NCBI GenBank assembly: GCA_002085355.1
Contig: NATN01000037.1
Location: 1-46,353 of the forward strand
Direction of reading: 5' to 3'
Length of the DNA: 46,353 nt
Source: Candidatus Zhuqueibacterota bacterium 4484_87
GTDB taxonomy: Bacteria; Zhuqueibacterota; Zhuqueibacteria; Thermofontimicrobiales; Thermofontimicrobiaceae
Shown: positions 1-9,476 of the stretch, one piece after another
Position numbering within the stretch: position 1 is the stretch's first letter
Layout of the letters: every line of letters begins with the position of its first letter
Made by a program: the position numbers and the translations under genes
The notes under the pieces: model-generated
The model's database searches: none
Told to the model about the DNA's origin: nothing
Seen by the model: the letters and a program-made list of their open reading frames with translations, nothing else

Positions 1-3000
1 CCAACGTATGGCATCGGCATTTTACAAAAAATGAGCGATGTTTACATGAACGATAAAGAGGAATATCGAAACGCCATTGCTGTTTATTCCAAATTACTGA
101 AACTGTATCCACGGATGGAAGAAGCTCCTGCTGTCCATGAAAAAATTGTTGATTGCTACAGGTTGCTCGGAGATAATCGTCTGGCGTATTTGTCGCGCGA
201 TCAGTTGTTCAATCTGTATCGGCCTGGCAGTCCCTGGTGGGCACGCCAGAAAAATGAGAATGTGCGCGAAAAAGCCTACGCGATAACTGAACGCGCTTTA
301 CGTGATAATATTAGCTTACTTTTTGCCCAGGCTGAAGAGGCTAATGATCGCGGACTGTATTTGGCTGCTGTGAATGATTGCAAAAAGTATTTGAAAAATT
401 TCCCCACAGACAGTAACGCAGCGCGCATTCACTGGAATATGGCGTTGACACTGGATACAAAGCTCAAACAGTACGATGATGCTTTTGAAGAATATATGAA
501 AATTTGTGATTTATACTGGGATTCAAAATATCAACTTTATGCCGCGGAAAATGCTATTGCGTTAGGCAGAGACGCTGTGGAGATAGATACGACGCGGAAA
601 AAAATTCAGTTTGAAAAAAATGATCAGCTCAATGTTAAAGAAATTACTGGAAATGTGCTGTCGGAATTTCATTATAATCGCATTGAACTGACGCCGAGCG
701 AAAAAAAGTTAATACGTGCATATAATAATTATATCAAACTTTTTCCGCATGACAAGAGCACAGTGAAAATTCTGAACAATGCCGGTGCGCTTTATTTTAA
801 TAACAACATGTTTGGTGAAGCACTCAAATATTTCAATACTATTGTTAAGCACTTTCCTGATGACGAGAGAATTTTCGAAATTAAATATCAAATTTTAGAG
901 AGCTATTTTGGCAAAGGTGACTATCGCAGTGCGGAAATTGTCGCTGAGAAAATCAAGAACGATCCCCAGGCACCGCCGGAATTAATAGCGAAAGCAAAAC
1001 GGAGGTTAGCAGAGTCAATATTCCTTGCTGCAAAAGTTTTCGCGGCTAATGACGATCATCTGCAAGCGGGAAATGAATTTTTGCGTGTTGCTCAAGAAGT
1101 GCCAGACGCGCCGTTTGTTGATTTAAGTTTGTTCAATGCCGCTGTGGAATATGACAAAGCGCGCGAGTATGGACGAGCTGTGGAAACCTATTCCTTTCTC
1201 GTGGAGACGCGAAAAAATTCCAAATATTTGTTGGAAGCGATGAATAATCTTGCCATCGACTATGGCGAAATTCATGAATTTAAAAATGCCGCTTTGACTT
1301 ATGAACGCTTATCCAGAGTTGCGGAGGATTCTTCGCAAGTTCACGATGCGCTGTTTAATTCAAGCTTGTTTTTTGTCAAAGCAGAGGACTGGGAAAATGC
1401 GATTCGGGTCAATCTTGACTTTGTGAATAAGTTTCCAAATTCTGATGATGCGGATGATCTGTTTTTTGATATTGCCAATTACTATTTGAAGCTGGACAAA
1501 TTTGAAGAGGCAAATAAAATTTACGGTGACTATGCGGACAAATTTCCCACATCTCCGCGCGTAGTGGAAAGCTACTATCGTCGCGGTCGCTATTTTGAAG
1601 ATAAAAATAATTTGGATGATGCTCTTGCGGAATATGCCAAAGCTGTGGACAAAAATGCGGAATTGAAAAAGGCCAAGTTGGAGCCCAATGACTATTTTGC
1701 CGCTGAGGCACTGTCTCGCGCCACGAAAATTAAATACAGCGAATTTCGTAAAATTGAATTTGAGCTGCCAGTGGCAAACATGGAGAAAAACCGGCTCAAA
1801 AAAAGAGACCTGTTGATAGAAATAGTGGACGGATTCACCAAGGTTGCATCTTACGGGACGATTCATTTGTACGAGGCGACTTACGACATCGGAAAAGCGT
1901 ACGAAGAATTTGCTGACACTTGGGTGCGGCAGGAAATCCCGCCGATGGATTTGACGCAATTGGTGGTGACGAAAAAACAAATCAATGAAGCTGCTGTTGA
2001 GCTTTATCAGCGGGCGGAAAAATCTTACAAGCAGTCAATTAAAATTTTACGCAAATTAGCGGATAAATATGAAAAATCTCTGTTAAGCGCGGATACGACA
2101 CAGGCGAGAGCGACCGTTTCAAAAAAATACGTGCACAGCGACAGTACGCTTTATACTGCGCGGCGCTGGATTGATCGCTGCGAAGAACAGCTTTCAAAAG
2201 TTGCCTACGATATGGCAGAATTGCACTTGGCTACCATACAGGATCTGTTGCATGCACCAGTCCCGAGAGGCTTGAGTCAGGTGGAGCGCATGGAATATAA
2301 CCGTCAGGTGCTGGAGCGCGCAGTGGAACCGCTGGTGCGAGCTGCTGTGGAAGAGCATATCCGAAATATTCAGGAAGCCTGGGATTTGGGCATTGAAAAT
2401 CAATGGGTGAAATCATCCCGGTTGAAAGTAATTCAGACGAACAATCTTATGGCAGACCAGTACCGAAAGCTGGCATTTATGGCGCTGGATCTTCATGGCG
2501 ACAATGTTGCCGTATTGAAAAAATTGGTAGCAGAAGGTGGAATGACCGAGGACGGGTTTGATTTGATCGGACTTTCGGATCAACAGGCTGGCTTGCTTGA
2601 TTTTTCGAAAGAATTTATTTTGCGGGCAACGGACTATTATCGCCAGACGCTGGATATTGTGAATGAAATTAAAATCAACGATCCGAGCGTTTTGCTCACC
2701 GAAGAAAATATTGTGAAGCAGGCTTATCTATTTGCCGGGGAAAGTGATTCGCTGGCTAAAATTGATTATGCGAACAAGAAAATTTATGAAAAGTTGTCAC
2801 GGGAAACAAATGAGCCGAAATATGAAGATGCACTATTTACTTTTGAAGATAATTATTTTTCCTTGAAAGAAAATGCGGTCAGCGTTCTGGAATCAACGCG
2901 CGAATTGGCTGCCAAATTGGAAATAAACAATCGCTGGCTGCCCCGCATTAACCTGGCACTCGTAAGTTTAAACCCGGAAAAATTCAAAGATCTGCTCGGA

Positions 3001-3720
3001 CTTACCATGGATAGCCATGTGGAGTATTCCGATTCTGCCTGGCTGGCATCATGTGAATTTGTCAAAAACTGGCTGGAGTATGATTTTACAGAAAATCAGT
3101 ACCGGAATTCAGAGATGATCTCTGATGCAGCAAATAAAGCAAAAGCCATCTGGCTCACAAAATTGGACACGGTCGGTTTTTCTCTGGATACGACCCTTGT
3201 TCCTGTGGGCGATTCGTTGACGTTTGCTTTTGCAGACGATTCCACGGTTTTAAATTTATCATTTCCTGACACGTTGTTTTCTGATTCCTCCGAATCACAG
3301 AAACAATTCAAAAAACAGGTGAATAAAACGCCAAAGTTGGCGCAGGTCTTTTGCCGCCGGGTTTATTTCAGAAAACATTTTACCGTTACAGGCTTGCCGG
3401 TTGCCGTGGAAATTGAGATGAAAGTGGACGATTCGTTCAATCTTTTTCTCAATGGGGAATATATTTCAGGTGTGATTCGTCAGGATAGCGCCATGGTGAG
3501 CCGGGGACATTACATCTTAAGCGATGGTTTAAAAGCGGGCGATAATGTGTTGGCTGTGGAAGGTATCGATTCCGATCACACCGGCCAGGGGTTGATCGCA
3601 ACAATGATAATAAAATGCCTGCCGGATTGGGAGAAAAAGCGGCAGCAGATTTTGTATGAGACAAGCGACGAAAAAATAAAAGAGAATCTAAACACTGACA
3701 AATATATTATTTTGTATTAA
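1..3720 (+). CDS. Large TPR-repeat protein (at least 1229 aa) with a C-terminal beta-sandwich/jelly-roll-like region; probably truncated at the 5' end by the window edge
   Basis: ORF track gives 31..3720. The same frame stays open back to nt 1 (PTYGIGILQK precedes the ATG). There are many TPR-like helix pairs (AIAVYSKLLKLYPRMEEAPAVHEKIVDCY, ALKYFNTIVKHFPDDERIF, ANKIYGDYADKFPTSPRVVESYYRRGRYF, ALAEYAKAV). The C-terminus (VYFRKHFTV...DDSFNLFLNGEYI...GDNVLAVEG) resembles sugar-binding jelly-roll domains. Confidence 0.8.
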   Translation, partial: PTYGIGILQKMSDVYMNDKEEYRNAIAVYSKLLKLYPRMEEAPAVHEKIVDCYRLLGDNRLAYLSRDQLFNLYRPGSPWWARQKNENVREKAYAITERALRDNISLLFAQAEEANDRGLYLAAVNDCKKYLKNFPTDSNAARIHWNMALTLDTKLKQYDDAFEEYMKICDLYWDSKYQLYAAENAIALGRDAVEIDTTRKKIQFEKNDQLNVKEITGNVLSEFHYNRIELTPSEKKLIRAYNNYIKLFPHDKSTVKILNNAGALYFNNNMFGEALKYFNTIVKHFPDDERIFEIKYQILESYFGKGDYRSAEIVAEKIKNDPQAPPELIAKAKRRLAESIFLAAKVFAANDDHLQAGNEFLRVAQEVPDAPFVDLSLFNAAVEYDKAREYGRAVETYSFLVETRKNSKYLLEAMNNLAIDYGEIHEFKNAALTYERLSRVAEDSSQVHDALFNSSLFFVKAEDWENAIRVNLDFVNKFPNSDDADDLFFDIANYYLKLDKFEEANKIYGDYADKFPTSPRVVESYYRRGRYFEDKNNLDDALAEYAKAVDKNAELKKAKLEPNDYFAAEALSRATKIKYSEFRKIEFELPVANMEKNRLKKRDLLIEIVDGFTKVASYGTIHLYEATYDIGKAYEEFADTWVRQEIPPMDLTQLVVTKKQINEAAVELYQRAEKSYKQSIKILRKLADKYEKSLLSADTTQARATVSKKYVHSDSTLYTARRWIDRCEEQLSKVAYDMAELHLATIQDLLHAPVPRGLSQVERMEYNRQVLERAVEPLVRAAVEEHIRNIQEAWDLGIENQWVKSSRLKVIQTNNLMADQYRKLAFMALDLHGDNVAVLKKLVAEGGMTEDGFDLIGLSDQQAGLLDFSKEFILRATDYYRQTLDIVNEIKINDPSVLLTEENIVKQAYLFAGESDSLAKIDYANKKIYEKLSRETNEPKYEDALFTFEDNYFSLKENAVSVLESTRELAAKLEINNRWLPRINLALVSLNPEKFKDLLGLTMDSHVEYSDSAWLASCEFVKNWLEYDFTENQYRNSEMISDAANKAKAIWLTKLDTVGFSLDTTLVPVGDSLTFAFADDSTVLNLSFPDTLFSDSSESQKQFKKQVNKTPKLAQVFCRRVYFRKHFTVTGLPVAVEIEMKVDDSFNLFLNGEYISGVIRQDSAMVSRGHYILSDGLKAGDNVLAVEGIDSDHTGQGLIATMIIKCLPDWEKKRQQILYETSDEKIKENLNTDKYIILY

Positions 3721-3787
3721 AGTCGAATCTTGAGTGCAGAAGCATAGCTTCTTGTTTTTGTAAAAAGAGCAATTAATGAGGTGCGGA

Positions 3788-4204
3788 ATGAAAGTTTTTC
3801 ATTTATTCATCGCGTTTATCTTCAGCGTGGTTGTGTTGATGTTTTTTAGCATCCAGGCGCTGGCGCAAGACGGGAATTCAAAAGCGAAAAATACATCTGC
3901 GGCTGATTCCAGCAGTGTCGCTCCTGTAGTGCAGTTGGAGGGCGACATCGTCTTGGAAGACATCAACATTGAGGCGGTTATTGAGAAACCGCGCGTTTCC
4001 ATTGTTCCCAAACGGATGAATCCGGAATTTGGCGAATTGGAATTTGTCGATCGTTCTTTTGACCATGAACTGAAAAGTTTTCCCCAAAAGGCATTGGTGA
4101 AAGACGACCGTTTATTCAAGCCGCAAAGGGTGAACAAAATAGTCAATAAAATTATAGCCCAAAAAAATAATAAAGATAAGACAAAAAAAACAAAAAATAA
4201 CTAA
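3788..4204 (+). CDS. Small secreted hypothetical protein with an N-terminal signal/TM helix and a Lys-rich C-terminal tail
   Basis: ORF 3776..4204. The internal ATG at 3788 follows GAGG with about 5 nt of spacing. The hydrophobic N-terminus is MKVFHLFIAFIFSVVVLMFFSIQALA and the tail is KNNKDKTKKTKNN. I recognise no family. Confidence 0.6.
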   Translation: MKVFHLFIAFIFSVVVLMFFSIQALAQDGNSKAKNTSAADSSSVAPVVQLEGDIVLEDINIEAVIEKPRVSIVPKRMNPEFGELEFVDRSFDHELKSFPQKALVKDDRLFKPQRVNKIVNKIIAQKNNKDKTKKTKNN

Positions 4205-4237
4205 TAGAATTAATGCCAAAACGCGAGGAGGTTTCTG

Positions 4238-4888
4238 ATGGCTGACATTTTAAAAAATTTCAGCACAAACTCAACGGGGTGGTTTTTCATGTGGGCATTG
4301 TTGCTGGCTGCCGTTTTTGTAGTAGCCATCGCCATCGAACGTATTTATTACGTCATGGTACGGTCGAATATTGATGCTCAAAAATTCATGGATGAAATTA
4401 AAAAACAGGTACGGGCGGGCGATTACAAAAAAGCGATTGCGCTGTGCCAGTCAGCGAAGAATAAAGCATTGCCGCAAGTGGTTCTCGCTGGATTGAAAAA
4501 AGTGGGTTCAGCAGAAACGATTGAATTTCGCGCCATTCAGAATTCAGTTGATGAAGGGACTCTGGAAGTGATTCCCAAGCTAAGAGAGCGCACCAGTTAT
4601 CTGTCAATGCTTGCTAATGTATCCACATTGCTCGGCTTGATGGGAACAATTTACGGATTGATTGCCGCTTTTAAATCGGTCTCTGCGCCGGGGATTGATG
4701 CGGCGGAAAAATCGCGCATGTTGGCTGCGGGAATTTCCGTTGCTATGAATACAACGTTAACCGGACTTACTATTGCTGTGCCGGCTATCTTGTTGTACAC
4801 ATTTATTCATAACAAAACTGACAAAATCATTGACGAAATTGATGAGCACACGGTAAAGTTGATTAACTTAATTACAGGGAATCAATAA
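4238..4888 (+). CDS. MotA/TolQ/ExbB-family proton channel
   Basis: 216 aa with three TM segments. The C-terminal half (LSMLANVSTLLGLMGTIYGLIAAF ... GISVAMNTTLTGLTIAVPAILLYTF) is typical of TolQ/ExbB. An AGGAGG-like RBS lies upstream. Confidence 0.9.
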   Translation: MADILKNFSTNSTGWFFMWALLLAAVFVVAIAIERIYYVMVRSNIDAQKFMDEIKKQVRAGDYKKAIALCQSAKNKALPQVVLAGLKKVGSAETIEFRAIQNSVDEGTLEVIPKLRERTSYLSMLANVSTLLGLMGTIYGLIAAFKSVSAPGIDAAEKSRMLAAGISVAMNTTLTGLTIAVPAILLYTFIHNKTDKIIDEIDEHTVKLINLITGNQ

Positions 4889-4890
4889 AA

Positions 4891-5427
4891 ATGGCATTTA
4901 AACCGTCAAAACGAAGCAGCCGCACTTTTGAGCAAGTGCAGCTCGACATGACTCCTGTGATGAATCTGATGGTTGTCTTGATCCCGTTGCTCCTTACGTC
5001 TGCGACATTCGTCAAAATTGGCGTGATTGATTTAAATTTGCCGCCGACTGTCGGCGCTAATGCTGCTCAAATGGCAGCGCCAAAAGAGTCGGAAAAAAAC
5101 CTTGATCTCGCTGTGACGATCACTGAAGAGGGGTTTTACATTTCCAGCTCTCTAGAAGTATTAAAAGGGAATGAGAAGGGCGCCCCGACAATTCCGGTGA
5201 GAGAGGACGGGAGCTATGATTTTAAGAAATTATCTGAAAAATTGTACGAGATAAAAAAGAAGGCAAAAGGTCAATTTTCAGACACTGAGAGTATTGTCAT
5301 CCAGGCGAATCCGGATATTCCGTATCAACTGTTGGTTAGCACAATGGATGCAAGCAGGGATATTTCTGTCAATCATCGGAAGATGACTTTATTCCCGGAG
5401 GTGTCCTTGGCGGCCGGAGTCATTTAA
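4891..5427 (+). CDS. ExbD/TolR-family biopolymer transport protein
   Basis: 178 aa. It starts 2 nt after the channel gene. It has a single N-terminal TM (LDMTPVMNLMVVLIPLLL) and a periplasmic domain ending IVIQANPDIPYQLLVSTMD, which is typical of ExbD/TolR. Confidence 0.85.
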   Translation: MAFKPSKRSSRTFEQVQLDMTPVMNLMVVLIPLLLTSATFVKIGVIDLNLPPTVGANAAQMAAPKESEKNLDLAVTITEEGFYISSSLEVLKGNEKGAPTIPVREDGSYDFKKLSEKLYEIKKKAKGQFSDTESIVIQANPDIPYQLLVSTMDASRDISVNHRKMTLFPEVSLAAGVI

Positions 5428-5451
5428 CAAATTACAGATGGAGTGAGATAA

Positions 5452-5949
5452 ATGGCGTTTATACCATCTCGAAGAAAAAAACACGATACCGATCCAGGTA
5501 AAGTGCGCCTGAATTTGACATCAATGATGGACATGTTTACCATCATTTTAGTTTTTCTGCTTAAAACGTATTCGACAGAAGGAATGTTGATTCATCCGTC
5601 AAAATTGTTGACGCTTCCGAGTTCATCAATAGAAAAATCGCCTGAAGTTGGCTTGGATTTGATTGTTTCCAAGCAGTCGGTGGTGGTGAATCATGAGGAA
5701 GTGGCAAAAGTGAATGACGTACTCAATCAGCAGGGGTTAATCGTGCCGAATTTACTGAATACGTTGCAGGTTTACGCCAGAGAAGCCAAACGCATGGAAG
5801 AGCTTTACGGAACGAAATTTTCTGGCAAAGTCACAATTCAGGCGGATAAAGATATTCCGTATAAATTACTGGTGAAAATAATGGCAACATGCGGACGGGC
5901 GGATTATCCGAATATGAGGCTTGTCGTTTATAAAAACGAAGAGGGATAA
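5452..5949 (+). CDS. ExbD/TolR-family biopolymer transport protein (second paralog)
   Basis: 165 aa. LNLTSMMDMFTIILVFLL forms the TM segment. VTIQADKDIPYKLLVKIMATC matches the ExbD/TolR periplasmic domain. Confidence 0.85.
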   Translation: MAFIPSRRKKHDTDPGKVRLNLTSMMDMFTIILVFLLKTYSTEGMLIHPSKLLTLPSSSIEKSPEVGLDLIVSKQSVVVNHEEVAKVNDVLNQQGLIVPNLLNTLQVYAREAKRMEELYGTKFSGKVTIQADKDIPYKLLVKIMATCGRADYPNMRLVVYKNEEG

Positions 5950-6005
5950 TGCGCTGTTTTGCGCCGAAATCTTGAAATTATTGAATAAACCATTTTGGGG
6001 TAAAA

Positions 6006-7199
6006 GTGGAAGGACATTTTGATAATAGTACTGATCAAGGTGGTTCTTTGTCTGAAGGCGGTTTGGAAAAATACGATACTATTATTTATGTCGATTTTCC
6101 CAAAAAATATAAACGGCGATGGATTGACAGTTTCGACAAACGGTTCGTTGCTATTTGGCTAATCACTTTTTTTGTTCAGGTGTCGCTGACTTACTATTTT
6201 ACAAAGAAATTTATTGCTGAACGAGTTAAACCTGCTGAAATTCAGCAAATTCAACAGCAATTTGCCCGACTTGTATTAAAAAAAGAAGTCAAAGAAAAGC
6301 CGGTTCAAAAGAAAAAGTCAGCGTTGATCACACCTGAAGAAACAACCGAAGAAAATGAGAATATGCCAGCCGAGTCTCAGACTGCCAGCGCGTCAGGGAA
6401 CGAGGCAACGGCAGCGCCTGCGGAAAGAAATGAACGACAATCAGGCACAAGCACGGATAATGCTGTGACAGAACAAGTTGCGCGAGGTGAAAATCCTTAT
6501 CATGTACCGGTTGGCCGGGGGCATCGCACGCCGCAACATGAATCATTCAGAATTATTTCCAAAAATGTCGCTGATAAAGGCATTTTGGGCTTTTTAGGAA
6601 GCACGTCCGAAAAAGCGACGGGCAAAGCGGTGAGAGATATTTTGAATGATGCTGACAAGGTGCAGGGAAAATTTGAGCAAACTTTGGGCGATGTCGGTTC
6701 GATTAACCATGGAAAAAGTGCAGCAGAGGAAATGGCGCAGCGGGAGCAGCGCGTTCGCCGTCAGGAAACAACGGCTGATGATGCGGACATAAGAAAGTTG
6801 ATTGCCGACCGGCAACAAGTCGCATCTGCCAATGTGAGCAGGCAAAAAACATACGAAAAGCAGCGCCAGACCACGGTAAAACAAAAAGAGCCGCAGCTTG
6901 TAGGCCACAGGAACCCGGACGACATCTCCGCTATTGTGAGCAAACATAACGCGGCGATTCAGGCGTGTTATCAACGGGAATTGCGGCGCAATCCTGATTT
7001 GAAGGGAAAAATAGTTGTACGTTTCACCATAGCTGCCAGTGGAGCCGTTACGCATGTTGAGCTTGTTTCCTCGACACTGAATAATGGTCGTGTGGAGCGG
7101 TGCGTGCTGAGCCGGATTCGTCGCTGGGATGATTTCGGCGTCATTGACGCATCGTTGGGAGATACAACATTCCGGCAGGTTTATACTTTCGGCTATTGA
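6006..7199 (+). CDS. TonB-like bitopic protein; the C-terminal domain resembles the AgmX/PglI flavour of the TonB-C fold
   Basis: 397 aa with a GTG start. It has one TM (FVAIWLITFFVQVSLTYYF) and a long charged Q/E/K/R-rich linker with no Pro-rich stretch. The C-terminus reads AIQACYQRELRRNPDLKGKIVVRFTIAASGAVTHVELVSSTLNNGRVERCVLSRIRRWDDF. Confidence 0.7.
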   Translation: MEGHFDNSTDQGGSLSEGGLEKYDTIIYVDFPKKYKRRWIDSFDKRFVAIWLITFFVQVSLTYYFTKKFIAERVKPAEIQQIQQQFARLVLKKEVKEKPVQKKKSALITPEETTEENENMPAESQTASASGNEATAAPAERNERQSGTSTDNAVTEQVARGENPYHVPVGRGHRTPQHESFRIISKNVADKGILGFLGSTSEKATGKAVRDILNDADKVQGKFEQTLGDVGSINHGKSAAEEMAQREQRVRRQETTADDADIRKLIADRQQVASANVSRQKTYEKQRQTTVKQKEPQLVGHRNPDDISAIVSKHNAAIQACYQRELRRNPDLKGKIVVRFTIAASGAVTHVELVSSTLNNGRVERCVLSRIRRWDDFGVIDASLGDTTFRQVYTFGY

Positions 7200-7226
7200 T
7201 CGGAAAAAATACAAAATTTAAAAAAA

Positions 7227-7256
7227 GTCGTCTTGTATGCCAGACGGCTTTTTTTT
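7227..7256 (+). terminator. Rho-independent terminator closing the Tol/Ton-like cluster
   Basis: GTCGTCT ... AGACGGC forms a 7-bp stem with one G-U pair, followed by T8. Confidence 0.7.
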
Positions 7257-7501
7257 GTCCGGTATGAAAGGCTAATTTGAATTTAATGTTTAAATTTTTA
7301 TCGAATTAAAAAACGAAGACGGTGTTCAGTAATTTGTAAAAATCAATCAACCAATTTCTCTCTCCGCGGGATGAAATCTAACCCTTCAACTCATTACTTT
7401 CCAAAATTTTTCATAAACATTCATTAAACTCCATTTGTCTGTTGCTTTTATCAAATATTTTGCTTAAATTAAAGTTTGAAAATTTGAGTTGTGAATATTG
7501 A

Positions 7502-9298
7502 TTGAGGGCTTTTAAATTGGAGAAAATTGCGATTAAAGCCAGGACACATACGTGTGGCGAATTACGTGCCGAGCATGATGGACTGACTGTTACGCTCACC
7601 GGTTGGGTTGATTCCAGACGTGACCATGGTAGCTTGATTTTTGTTGTGTTGCGGGATGTTTATGGCATCTCTCAGGTTGTATTTGATCCTTCGGAAGACA
7701 AACAGGTGTATGAATCTGCCAGGGAATTGAAAAACGAATATGTGATCAAATTGACCGGAAAAGTCCGCCGCCGTCCCGAGGGAATGGTGAATCCGAATAT
7801 GGCGACGGGCGAGATTGAGGTTGTGGCACAAGATGTTAAGATTTTGAACCGAGCGGATGTGCCCCCCTTTCCTATTGTGGATGATGTGGATGCTTCGGAG
7901 GAGTTGCGGTTTCGCTATCGTTATCTGGATTTGCGCAGACCCGAATTGCAGAAAAATATCGTGCTTCGTCATCGTGCTGCACAAACTGTACGCCGTTATC
8001 TTGACGGCCAGGGATTTTTTGAAATTGAAACGCCATTTTTAATGCGCAGCACCCCTGAAGGCGCGCGGGACTATCTGGTGCCGAGCCGCATACACAAAGG
8101 TAAATTCTACGCCTTACCGCAGTCGCCGCAGACTTACAAGCAGATTCTGATGATCGCCGGATATGACCGTTATTTTCAAATTGTGAAATGTTTCCGCGAT
8201 GAAGATTTACGCGCAGAACGACAACCTGAGTTCACGCAGATTGATATGGAAATGTCCTTTGTGGAAGAAGAAGATATCTTTCGCATTGCTGAAGGTCTGA
8301 TGCGGACTCTGTTCGACGAAGTGATCGGCATGTCACTGCAAACGCCGTTTCCGATAATTTCTTTTGACGAGGCCATGCAACGATTCGGCACCGATAAACC
8401 GGACGTGCGTTTCGGAATGGAAATTTCAGACGTCAGCGAATTTGTCAGGTCCAGTGAGTTTAAAGTTTTTTCCTCTACCGTGGCTGGCGGCGGCATTGTC
8501 GCCGGAATAAATTTGAAGGGCGGCGCCGGATATTCGCGCAAGCAGGTGGACGGATTAAACCAATTTGTCATCGACCTTGGCGGCAAAGGAGTTCTGACTG
8601 CAAAAGTTAAAGAAGACAGTTGGGATTCTTCCATTCGAAAGTTTTTAACGGATGCAATGATTTCCGGTATCAATGAGAAGTTGGCTGCGGAAGCAGGCGA
8701 TTTGCTCATTTTAATCGCCGGAGAAAAAATGCAAACATTGACAAATCTTGGCAAATTAAGGAATAAATTAGCCCGAGACGAAAATTTAATTTCAAAAGAG
8801 GAATTCAAGCCGTTGTGGGTGACAGAGTTTCCTCTGCTGGAGTTTGACGAAGAGGAACAGCGTTACGTGGCGATGCACCATCCTTTTACCAGCCCGCGCG
8901 AAGAAGATCTGGCCTTGTTTGATTCTTCGCCTGGTAAAGTAAAAGCCCGGGCTTACGACCTGGTTTTGAATGGCTACGAGATCGCCGGTGGTAGTATCAG
9001 AAATCATCGGCTGGACATACAGATGAAGGTGTTTAACTTATTGAAAATAGATGATAAAGAGGCAAGAGAAAAGTTTGGATTTTTGCTGGACGGATTGCGC
9101 TTTGGCGCGCCACCGCATGGAGGGATTGCGTTTGGATTTGATCGTCTGCTAATGCTGTTGGCGGGTGAAAATTCGATCCGGAACGTCATCGCATTCCCGA
9201 AGACAACCAGCGCGCTTTCGCTTATGGATAATGCGCCGGCGGAAGTTTCCGAGAAGCAACTTAAGGAATTGGGGCTAAAAATCATTGCATCTTTGTAA
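7502..9298 (+). CDS. aspS: Aspartate--tRNA ligase
   Basis: Motifs present: RTHTCGELR, RYRYLDLRR, QSPQTYKQILM, FRDEDLRAERQPEFTQIDME, GGSIRNH, GAPPHGGIAFGFDRL. The start is uncertain: TTG at 7502, or TTG at 7517 behind GAGGG. Confidence 0.95.
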   Translation: MRAFKLEKIAIKARTHTCGELRAEHDGLTVTLTGWVDSRRDHGSLIFVVLRDVYGISQVVFDPSEDKQVYESARELKNEYVIKLTGKVRRRPEGMVNPNMATGEIEVVAQDVKILNRADVPPFPIVDDVDASEELRFRYRYLDLRRPELQKNIVLRHRAAQTVRRYLDGQGFFEIETPFLMRSTPEGARDYLVPSRIHKGKFYALPQSPQTYKQILMIAGYDRYFQIVKCFRDEDLRAERQPEFTQIDMEMSFVEEEDIFRIAEGLMRTLFDEVIGMSLQTPFPIISFDEAMQRFGTDKPDVRFGMEISDVSEFVRSSEFKVFSSTVAGGGIVAGINLKGGAGYSRKQVDGLNQFVIDLGGKGVLTAKVKEDSWDSSIRKFLTDAMISGINEKLAAEAGDLLILIAGEKMQTLTNLGKLRNKLARDENLISKEEFKPLWVTEFPLLEFDEEEQRYVAMHHPFTSPREEDLALFDSSPGKVKARAYDLVLNGYEIAGGSIRNHRLDIQMKVFNLLKIDDKEAREKFGFLLDGLRFGAPPHGGIAFGFDRLLMLLAGENSIRNVIAFPKTTSALSLMDNAPAEVSEKQLKELGLKIIASL

Positions 9299-9327
9299 TA
9301 AAAAAAGATGCCTGATTTATTTTTTAC

Positions 9328-9356
9328 TTGACAATTACTATTTTTTTTGTTATTAT
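9328..9356 (+). promoter_or_regulatory. Sigma-70-like promoter upstream of the lipoprotein/LysM pair
   Basis: TTGACA (9328-9333), a 17-nt spacer, then TATTAT (9351-9356). This is based on sequence only. Confidence 0.4.
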
Positions 9357-9476
9357 TAAATGACTTATTAGGTTACAAATTTTTAATCGTTAGCGGAATT
9401 CAAAATCAGTTGATTCAAAACTAGAATAGTTTCACTAATCAAATACGAATTTAACATCGGAAGGAGGTGTAAGTTG

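Noticed and set aside
709-3664. Numerous 60-206-aa ORFs antisense to or out of frame with the giant TPR gene (e.g. 1360..1980, 1409..1711, 2853..3065). Similar shadow ORFs lie inside aspS, the ABC ATPase, the PBP, hppA and other genes.
   Set aside because: They lie entirely within strongly supported CDSs and have odd, low-complexity composition. They have no RBS and no recognisable motifs, so they are typical shadow ORFs.
7257-7501. A possible T-box or other leader upstream of aspS, in a roughly 245-nt AT-rich gap.
   Set aside because: I could find no specifier-loop/T-box consensus, no terminator-antiterminator pair and no conserved-looking structure. It looks like ordinary promoter/spacer DNA.
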